From: Octopus sinensis
Lineage: Eukaryota
NCBI RefSeq assembly: GCF_006345805.1
Contig: NC_043006.1
Span: 95,976,001 to 96,040,000 of the forward strand
DNA: 64,000 bases
Reading direction: 5' to 3'
In this document: positions 54,123-64,000 of the stretch, one piece after another
Numbering within the stretch: the stretch's first letter is position 1
Layout of the letters: each line of letters begins with the position of its first letter
Position numbers and translations under genes: made by a program
The notes under the pieces: generated by a model
Told to the model about the DNA's origin: nothing
Database searches by the model: none
What the model saw: the letters and a program-made list of their open reading frames with translations, nothing else

Positions 54123-54975
54123 CAGGCTGCGATGGGTAAATTGTCGTCATTTGATATGTAATTTCGCAAATGCGCATTTTTTGTCGACTACACAGAATAG
54201 CAATGTCAGTAGGGCGCCATCTGTGAGAAAAACAGCACTCTGCCAGAAATTTGGAAACAACATACCGTACTGCTTGACATCAGCACCGGAAGCTCCAGTA
54301 CGAACATTTCGAAGTGTTTGGGTGTCAATCTGAGGAGAGTGCAATCTGGGAGTGAGAAAAAAAAAACATCGAGTCAACATCATGGTGTTTGGAGTGACCA
54401 CTAGTGATGGAATCGTTATGCCTCAATTCATCTTCCCATACGGCCTCAGGCTGAATACGGAGGCCTACATCAAGTGCCTGGACGAGGTAGTACTAACCTG
54501 GGTCGTGAGAGTGGCTGCTGGAAGACCTTATGTCTGGCAACTGGACTCTGCACCATGCCACAGAAACAGGAAAATACAGTCATGGCAGTCAGACAATTTC
54601 TGCAACCACATCACCCCTAAAATCTGACCACCAAAATTCGGCAATCTGCAACCCACTTGATTATTATGTATGGGGCGCAGTTGAGTGAGAATACGACAAA
54701 ACTCCTTGTAACAGCAAAGATTAAGTAAATACATGGATTATGGCAGCATTCACCAACTTAAACAAGGAGACCGTCCAGAAGAGTTGCAGGAGATTCCTAG
54801 TTCAACTGGAGACCGTGGATGAATCCAATGGCGATTTTATTAAATAAAATTTACTCTTTAGTATTGCAAGATATTTTCATGTAATTTTGGTAAATGTTCC
54901 TATTATAATGAAATGTCAGCGTTATTTTCGTTTTTGTGGAATTTAGACAACAGATTATTTATTCACCGCACCCTG
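54123..54975 (+). mobile_element. Deleted DD37D (maT)-type transposon
   Basis: CAGG(G/C)TGCG...CGCACCCTG|TA ends; WQLDSAPCH...PPNS..CNPLDYYVWG gives D37D spacing after one frameshift correction. Confidence 0.82.
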
Positions 54976-54977
54976 TA

Positions 54978-55022
<45 letters not shown>

Positions 55023-55194
55023 TTAATTGAAACATGAACAAAGAGAAAACACAACAATGCGAGAACGTGGAACGTTCAGGAAAAGAAAGAAAGAAGGACA
55101 TCTGAGATATATAGGAAAAAGGAAAAGTCCAAGGAAGGGAAGACGGAGAAAGAAAATCGCCAACGATACATACGCGGTCACATATTGAAATGTG

Positions 55195-55254
<60 letters not shown>

Positions 55255-55553
55255 TACGTTAAACCCTCCTTCTTTCCTTCTTTCCTGAGCGTCCAATAAT
55301 ACTATATTTGTTCCACGTTCTCGCGTTGTTGTGTTTTTGTGCTTTCTTGTTTGGATTAACTATATATATATATATATATATATACTCTTTTACTTGTTTC
55401 AGTCATTTGACTGCGGCCATGCTGGAACACCACGTTAAAGGGATTTAGTGGAAGAAATTGCCCCCAGGACTTATTCTTTGTAAACCTAATACTTATTCAA
55501 TCGTTCTCTTCTCCAGAGCTGCTTACCACACAGCCACGCCTTCGCCTATATAT

Positions 55554-55637
<84 letters not shown>

Positions 55638-55812
55638 TATACACATAGATAAATAAATAGATAGGTAGGTAGATATGCTACGGTCTTCCACACAGTTTCC
55701 GTCAAGGAAATCTACTCACATGACATTGATCGGGCTGGGACTACAGTAGATGTGGGACTGAATCCCAAACCGTGTAATCGTAAAAGCGAGATTCTTAACC
55801 ACACAGCTGTAT

Positions 55813-55874
<62 letters not shown>

Positions 55875-58814
55875 GCTCTTTTATTCTTTTAGTTTTTTTC
55901 ATTCATATGATTGCGGCCATGCTGAAGCACCACCTTTAGCCGAACAAATCGGCCCCAGGATTCAATTTTGCTTATGTTCGCTATCACTACGAACGTTATA
56001 TATAAAACGTTCGTGTTGATATTGAACTGAATGCGCCCTACTTTAATTGATATTGACTGAATGCGCCCTACTTTAATTCAGTGAGAGTATTTTGTATCAA
56101 CACCGAAAGAAATCTTTATTTTAGTCTGAAATGGAAGGAATGCACTATGCTTTTTCCAGACTCCCGCCCAAACTAGTGGGCGGGGGAAGAGTGATCCAGC
56201 TTGCAAAATTGTGGATCCCAATAAAGGCAACCACAAGGCTTGAATGTCATTAAACCAAGCACCGAACTACCGTCTTCGACAGAAAATCAGGAGTCGTCAC
56301 TCTGGCAAGCTTCCTCCCAATTGTCATTCTTCCAACCTATACACAGAATAAAGAAAACAACGTAGAACAAACGTGTGTTTATGAAGGATTTATTTATTTT
56401 CATGAGGTTGAACACATGCAGGCACAAGCGATCGTTCGACTCGTGCTTAGAAGTCCCGCCTAACAGGAAGTTCCTTTCACTGCATACCAGCTCCCGAGCT
56501 AGCCCGCAGCGAAGTTCCTGTCTACAGTTCGTCTGTTATAATCCTTGGGCAGTGACCCACATATGTCTTTTTAATCGGTTCGTAGTTTGCCAAATGCATA
56601 CTGCGTGCGATTCAACCCAAATCTACACTATTCCGATCATCGTTCTTAACAAAACCACCACGCTTCTATACAGTTATAATAACATTCTAAACAAGCAATC
56701 GTCCAAATATTCGTGTATCATCGATACAGTTCATCATGCTTATTGATAAACGCCAGCAGCTTGAACGACGTAGGTCAATGGAGTTTTAATTCTCTTTCTT
56801 TACATTTTAATGTTTATTTGAAACCTACGTAAACTGTCGCGCTGGATAACATGGACAGCCGTCTGCTGTAGCGTTTCTTTATCTTTCTATCTATTTGCTT
56901 TGTCACAAAATTATGACAAAGTAAAAAGCCTTTATATCTCAATAGTGTTTGACCAATTCTGCCAACAATTATTATGCCAAATTGGGAGATGATATTTAAT
57001 AAATGCGTCAGAATGAATGACAAATGATATCCAGCGTACGTTTCGATGTTTGTTTTGTTTCTATACTGTGTATTTTTGGCTGTTTGTTCCCGATTTTACA
57101 TTACAACATATTATGTCCATTTATAGCATGGACTAGATATCTCGGAGCTAAAGCAAAATGCCGGTTTCGCTAGTAATCACGCAACCCTCTACCGTAACCA
57201 AGCAATATATTTGTACTAAGATGACCGCCATAATTTGAATGTATATGTGTTTATTTAATATTTCTGCTTTTGTTTTTTTTTCGTTCGTGGTGAGGGGCGT
57301 GGATGGGTACGTTTGCGGTTTATTTTGTCTGGGTCTGTAAAGATTTATTACATTATCTCATTTCATATTTTATTGTTTCTTTCTGTCCAAATATGTGATT
57401 GAACATATCTCCGTTTACAATGTAACTCGTTTAATGTTTGTTCTTCTCTTTCTCTTTCCTTGACTCTCTCTCTCTCTCATTCTCTCTCTCTCACTCTCCT
57501 TCCTCTTTAATTTTCTTTCTCCCTCCCAATGTCGTGTTTACACTTCATACGTCTAATAGCGTTTTTATGTAAGGGTAAGTATGGGAGTGTTCCTGCTGTT
57601 CTTAAAACTCCGCTTCTATCTATGGATGTGTGTGAACGTAAGCATGCGGACGTCTATGAAGGTCTGTTTGTGTCTATATATGTATGAATGTATATACGAA
57701 TGAACCACCGTTTCTTTATGTTAGTGTGGTGCGTGTGTATGAGTGCGTGCCTGTGTATGAATGGGTACGTGTGTTTACGGAACACTTTCAAGACGAGGCC
57801 AACAGTAATTTTTTATGGTCTAAAGTGATGAGATCGCAGTGTTTTAGTTATCCTATACGCCTGAGCAAACTTATACACATTCGTAAACACACACACACAC
57901 ACATGCACACACACTTAAACACACACACACACAAACACGCACACTCGCACACACATTTACGTACGTTTTTGAGAGTAAATAATATATAGACGCTTTCTGT
58001 TTGTAAACATATATACATATGGTTTTTACATATGTATGTATGCATGTTTTATGTATGAATGTATGTATGAATATATGGCTGTGTTTGTATGTGATTGTTT
58101 CTGTGTGATTAGGTGGGTAGTGACGGAAAGTACACAAAGAAAGAAAGAAAGAAAGAAACGAAAGAAAAAAAGAAAGAAAGAAGGAAACGGAACGCAACGA
58201 AACAAAGAAAGAAAGAAAGAAAGAAGGAAATAAACAAACAAAAGAAAGAAAGGAAGAGATTAAAGAAAGAAGGAAAGAACTCGTTTACTGAATTCGGAAA
58301 CTCTTGGTGGTCGGTGGTGTTCCTCTGTAGAGAGGCTGTGACCAGACATAGTTGAAAGGATTGCGTGCAGACACCTTTCCCTTTGCTCTCGTCGACCTGA
58401 TAGGTTCCCACACTTGGAAGTAAGGATGGAGTTGAAAGTCTCTTCTCTTGTGAAATTCTATACAAAGTGACAAAAGTGTTTATGATAAGAATAAATACTA
58501 TTATCGATCTCCTGTAATCTGGAGAACAACAGTGGAAGGCAGGTTTGTGTTAGAGTGCAGGATTTTACTCTTGGTAATTAGAGTGACTCCGCCTCAGTCG
58601 GATTCTTCCACAGGTTGGATTTAATGGATGTCCTGTATCAGGGAAAAACGCCTCCTCCATGCATTCACATATTTTGTAGAGTAAGGGCGCTTCTTGTCCC
58701 GTTTCCCCCATTCCAGCATTGTTTTCCTTTGCCCTCTTTCTGGAAACCAACACACAAATTATTAAAATGCCCTTGTAGTTGACACCCTTATCGGTCGACT
58801 ATGTAGCACATAAA

Positions 58815-59009
58815 TTATGTTGCTAAGATTCCCAACCACCTGGTTCGGAGTTCCGTCCCACTTCGTGGCACCTTGGGCAAATGTCTTCTACTACAGCCTC
58901 TGGCCTACCAAGGCCTTGTGAGTGGATTTGGTAGTCAGATACTGAAAGAAGCCTGTCGTATATATATACACACACATCTATATATATATATATATATTAT
59001 ATATATATA

Positions 59010-59062
<53 letters not shown>

Positions 59063-59460
59063 ATATATATGTGTGTGTGTATCTTTCTGTTGAAGAGCGT
59101 AGGCTCGAAACGTTAAAGACTTGTTTTATTTATATTCCTGAGCGCCATACTAATACAATTGTTCGTTTGTTTTCCACCTGCCTTCGTCTTTTGTTTATTT
59201 TCATAAAGCTTCCGGTTATATATATATATATATATATATGCGTGTGTGTCTTTCTGACTTTGTTCCCCACCACTGCTTGACAACCATTGATGATGTGTTT
59301 ACGTCAATGTAACATAGCGGTTCGGCGAAAGAAGCGATAGAATAAGTACCAAGTTTTAAAAAAAAATTCTAAGGTCGATTCCTTCGACCAAAATTTTGCA
59401 ATGTGCTGCCCCAGTATGGCCGCAGTCTAATGACTAAAACAAGTAGAAGAATAAAAGAAT
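58815..59460 (+). mobile_element. SINE family A interrupted by (TA)n and an HHR-type repeat fragment
   Basis: Head 58815-58960 and tail 59240-59460. Confidence 0.75.
59082..59119 (+). ncRNA. Degenerate minimal hammerhead (A6 to U)
   Basis: TCTTT-CTGTTGA-A-GAGC gtag GCTC-GAAACGTT|AAAGA. Confidence 0.6.
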
Positions 59461-59673
59461 AAAAAATATTATCAAGGCCGTATTTTACTTCTGTGAATCA
59501 TTAGACTGCAGCCATGCTAAGGCAGCGCCTACAACAGCTGTGGTCAAATGATGGCGAGGGACAAACACGTGCAATAAGATACACATACACACATGTGTAT
59601 ATATACATACATACATATAGACATACATACATATATAAGCATACATGCATATATAAACATCCATACATACATC

Positions 59674-59707
<34 letters not shown>

Positions 59708-60104
59708 ACGAGCTTCTTTTAGTTTCTGTGTACCAAATCTAGTCACAAAACTTTGGTCTGCTCGAGGCTAAAGTAGAAGACACTCGTCCAAGTTGTCACG
59801 CAGTAGGACTGAACCTAGCACCATGTAGTAGATAAGCATATTTCTTAACACACAGCCAGGACTGTTTCATGAGTTTTTGTCCAAGAGCAATCCGAGAGGA
59901 ATTATGGAGAAGTATTAAACAAGATACTGTGAAAGACGTTTCTAGGCTGACGACTTCAAAGAATGGACTGGAAGCAAGATCCTGGCTGGTCGTTTCTTTG
60001 CAGCGCAGACGGAAACGAAGATTTTTGTCAACCCGGCTCCTGGATACAAATAAGGCACAAACCTGAATCGTTGAACACCTATAAAGATTATATCAAATAT
60101 TATT

Positions 60105-60430
60105 AAGGCGATGAGCTGGCAGAATCGTTAGCACGCTGGACGAAAAGCTCCTCGGTATTTCGCCCGTCGCTACATTCTGATTTCATATTCTACCGAGATC
60201 GACTTTACCTGTCATCCTTTCGTGGTCGGTAAATTAAGTACCAGTTACGCGCTGGAGTTGATGTAACGACTATCCTCCTCCCCCAAATTTCAGGCCCTGT
60301 GGTTTTAGTAAAAATGATTATTTAAATTATTATTAGGGCGATGAGCGGACAGAATCGTTAGCACACCGAGGAAAATACTAAGCGATATTTCGGCCGAGGT
60401 CGACTTTACCTTTCATCATTTCGGTGGTCG
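60105..60430 (+). mobile_element. Two tRNA-like SINE copies (family C); relatives at ~13700-13815, 15020-15140 and 42140-42330
   Basis: ggcgatgagctggcagaatcgttagc head and central gtcgactttacctttcatcctttcg motif. Confidence 0.65.
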
Positions 60431-60623
60431 ATACGAGGGTCGGTTTAATAGACTTTACTGCTGGCATTGTACCAACATTTGAAACCAATATGTTCATTGC
60501 AATAAACGAAATATCATTGGACAGCAGTTTATAATTTTTTCTTAATGTATTTCCGTATTTGATTTTGTATATTCATGCGCTGTGATTGTAACTCATTATT
60601 TGTTATTGTATATATACATATAG

Positions 60624-60677
<54 letters not shown>

Positions 60678-60716
60678 CACATAACTATATACATATAATG
60701 TATATAGTATATATAT

Positions 60717-60750
<34 letters not shown>

Positions 60751-61869
60751 ATAAACACAAAATAGGAGTTTTCTTTCCTCAGTCAAGTACATGATAATAC
60801 TTGAGATTGCTCCAATCTGGCCAGCCCCAAGGTAAAAATAAGCTAAGAGCTTTAGATTCCTTGGAAGAAAGCATCGAATGTATAGAAAAACAAGGTAGGA
60901 AAAAAACGGATATGTTACACAAATACAAAAAAAAATTATAACAGGAAATAAAAAACAGGTGTCCTTCGACCAAGGACGAATTAAGTTAAGCTGGCGTGTG
61001 TGGAAATGAAGCCTTATGTCAGGGATAGGAGATTTCACAAACACAGGCAGGAATATCGATGTTGCACGGACAACGGCCAGACCATGAAAAAAAGAAAGAA
61101 CAGGCTTGGCCGATCGCCGGTCACATGGAAAGAGAATAGAGAGAAGTAGAAGCAGAGGGACAGAAGAATTGAGGATGGGTGAGAAAAGAGGACAGGGACA
61201 CAGTGAAGTGAAAAGTGGAGGGAAAGTGAGTAAGAAGAGAAGGCAAAGAAATGTAAGAGAAGGTGAACGAAAGAACGAAGAGTGGAATGAACGAATAAGC
61301 GTGAAAGAGTTGATAGGCAGAAATAGAGTGGTATATATATATATAGATATATATATATATATATATATATAGATATATATAATATATATGAAAATGTAAG
61401 CCTAAAGACTTAACGAACCTTTTCCTTTTATCCTTTTTCTTTTCCTTTTTTCTCCTGTCTATATCCCCCGACAAATTCTAAATCACTCTGACAACGTTTG
61501 TTAAATGAAACAACTTAAATACAAATTTACTTCAAAAATAACAAACTGAGGCAACTGTAAATGTGTTTTAAGTACAATTAAACTATGACATTTTAATACC
61601 AATGATAAACTTCTAATTGTTAATTGTTGTTCCATTTCATTTCTTCTCTATCTGTGTGTGTGTGTGCGTATGTGCGCGTGTGTATGTACTTTTGTATATT
61701 AGTGTGTCCGTGTGGCGGTTGTGTCTTTGTATCTTCGTATGTGTATGAGTGATTTGGCTTGGATTTGTAGCTCTTGTCTCACACGAAATTTCGAGAATAA
61801 AACTGTCGATGATACCAGTAATTGAGTAAGGAATCGATCGTAGGCATTCTTTTATTGCAGATGCTATTC

Positions 61870-61919
<50 letters not shown>

Positions 61920-62571
61920 ATATCGGAATGGTCGTTTTGCCAGTTTAGCCAATAAAAACACACGCACTATATATTTGGTGTTACTTTGCTTCATTGTTAT
62001 TAATTTTTTACATTAATCTTAATCTTATTTCCGGCAGAGTTCTTTCGTCACACTCCTGTGACCGCATCCGTGGTCCTTTGCTTTCTTCTTTCTTATTTGT
62101 GTGTCTCTCCTTACTAACCGCCAGCCATTTTGTATTTCTATCGTATGTGTCTTCATTTGCGCATGCGTATATCTCTATGTGCGCCTATGTTTAGTTAGTG
62201 TGTGTGTGGGGGGATGCCTTTAATATTTGTATCTTCTGTTTATATACGTTCGTGTAATTTGTTTTTATTTTTGTTTATTATTTTGTTCATGTGTTTACAC
62301 CCACTTATTATTATTATTATTATCATTATTATTATTATTCTTACGTATGCTTGTATGTATGTATATATGTATAACAACAATACTAGTAATAAAAAAAAAT
62401 AAATAAAAATAAAAATAAAATTTTTTTTTTAAATTTTAATTAAAAAATAATTTTTAAAATAAAAAATGTATATAGTTATTTACTTCCATTTGTTTATTTA
62501 TCTGTGTATTTTATTTTATTATGCTTTCAGTTTTGTTTATGTTGTAACCAGTTTATGGGGATCCTCTTCTG

Positions 62572-64000
62572 TCATATGCTGTGGTGTGTGCTAGTGTTCC
62601 ATTCCAGTTTCCTATTCAGGTTAGTTTTATCTTCTATTATGTGTGTAGCTTCCGTAATTTGTCTGATTGTTGCGTCTGTTCTATGTGTGGACAAGATTTT
62701 AACTTCTATGTTGTTGATTGAGCCCCCGTGTTCCTGCTCGGCGTGTTGGTACAGAATCGATGAGCTCTTTCCTTACTTAAGTTCTCTCCAATAGACATTT
62801 GCCCGCTCTTCTATGCTTCGTGCCGTTTCCCCTACGTATGTCTGTGTCTTGTTACTGCATCGTCCCTCTATACATCTTATACTATAGACTACATTTCTAG
62901 CTTTACAGTTTGTTTGTGGGTTAAATCTACACACAGTACAGTACCTATCCGTACAGAGGGTTCTACTAAAAGGGTAGGTTCTACGGAGTATGGATTTGAT
63001 AGGGTTGCCTGGCTTTTTAACAACCTTAATCCTTCGCTTAAGTTTGTCTAGGGTCCTTCTAAGGCGGTACGCCAGTTCACCTCTAGGGGTGGTGTCGATG
63101 AACATGACACTCCGGTATTTGTGGCAATCATACCAAGAGTTGGCCTTCCCTACTTTCTTCTTTGTCCTTTCCATAGTGTTTCATGACTTGCTCCTATAGA
63201 GTGGGCAAATCCCATTCCTATCATTACATAATATAGTATCAAATTTCTTCATGGCTCCTTTGTATACTCTGACCCTTTCTTTATGGCTGTAACCTGAGAA
63301 CTGCATGCGGTGACAGATACAACTGAAATGTTGTATGTGTCTCTTTAACTCTGTGGGCTCGCTCATGCGGGACACATTTCTCATTATTCTGACGAGGTCT
63401 GCCATCAAAATATTGAATTTGGCATTGTCCGCGATAGCTGAGTTCCGGTGGATCAAGTATTATGAGGCCATAGGATTGGCATAGTACGAATGAAGGATTT
63501 GGGTTTTATTGTTCTCAGTTTCTACCCAGAGTTCTGTGTCTAGTACTGGCAGTCTGTGGTTGGGGTTTTTAGTGGGGTAGTTTATTGTGACCTTAATACT
63601 CTGGTGGATGGAGTTAGCTATTTGCTGGATGCTCTCCATAGTATTAGTTTCTATTTCTATTTCAAAAGTATTCTCTTGTGGGGGTGCCTTTACCACTATG
63701 TTGATATCATCAACATAGCGAGAGTACATATTCACGAGTATGGAATTCTATGTTAGGCGTTCCTTAAGCCTTCTGTCCCACCATATCATGAAAAGGTTGG
63801 CCACATCACCAGCGATACTAACGCCGATGGCTGCCCCCTCGTCCTGGGCATATATTTTATTGTTAAACTTAAACGTGTGGCCTTTTAGGGTAACTCTTAT
63901 ACTAGCTCCTAGTGCATGTGCGATCATTTTCTTTACCTGATGGACATTTGTGGGGGTCCGTATGGCTCTGGTCCATCCGCTCCATCTCTCTATATGGGTC
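62572..64000 (-). mobile_element. Penelope-like element (Neptune-type architecture), RT + Cys linker + GIY-YIG, disrupted
   Basis: FKFNNKIYAQDEGAAIG..ANLFMIWWD, RYVDD, LPVLD, SGY, C-x4-C-x2-C linker, NVVYSIRC...YVGETARSIEER, LYQH..EH...RQITEA...LNRKLEW; several stops and frameshifts; continues beyond the window edge. Confidence 0.9.

Noticed and set aside
57150-57300. CpG-richer patch with a YY1-like AAGATGACCGCC (similar motif at ~53150)
   Set aside because: A single short motif is insufficient to call a promoter.
58285-58753. Two ~62-aa minus-strand ORFs in unique sequence
   Set aside because: No recognised domain, and only a weak splice donor.
61106-61372. Charged 88-aa ORF (MADRRSHGKR...)
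   Set aside because: Translation of purine-rich low-complexity DNA.

Overview
AT-rich, microsatellite-saturated animal DNA. I could not confidently identify any host protein-coding gene; most ORFs in the track are translations of (TA)n, (CA)n, (TAA)n or (TATC)n. The SINE families and repeat landscape resemble octopus/coleoid cephalopod DNA (inferred from recall, not verified). The window is a transposon graveyard: tRNA-derived SINEs, non-autonomous Helitrons, several Tc1/mariner families (DD34D-like, DD37D, DD41D), R4/Dong-like LINEs in (TAA)n, RTE and CR1-like LINE fragments, and a disrupted Penelope-like element (RT plus GIY-YIG) at the right edge. The main hidden signal is a set of short non-coding repeat families that each carry a type I hammerhead ribozyme (HHR): CUGANGA...GAAA...NUH, with stems that differ in sequence but keep pairing, and a self-complementary stem III suited to dimerisation. 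Monomers are about 480-560 bp. They occur as head-to-tail arrays (3.7 x ~561 bp at 24.7-26.7 kb) or as inverted-plus-tandem structures, mostly next to (TA)n tracts. This fits a retrozyme-like / Penelope-dependent self-cleaving RNA system. All structures were folded by eye, coordinates may be off by a few bases, and no activity has been demonstrated.
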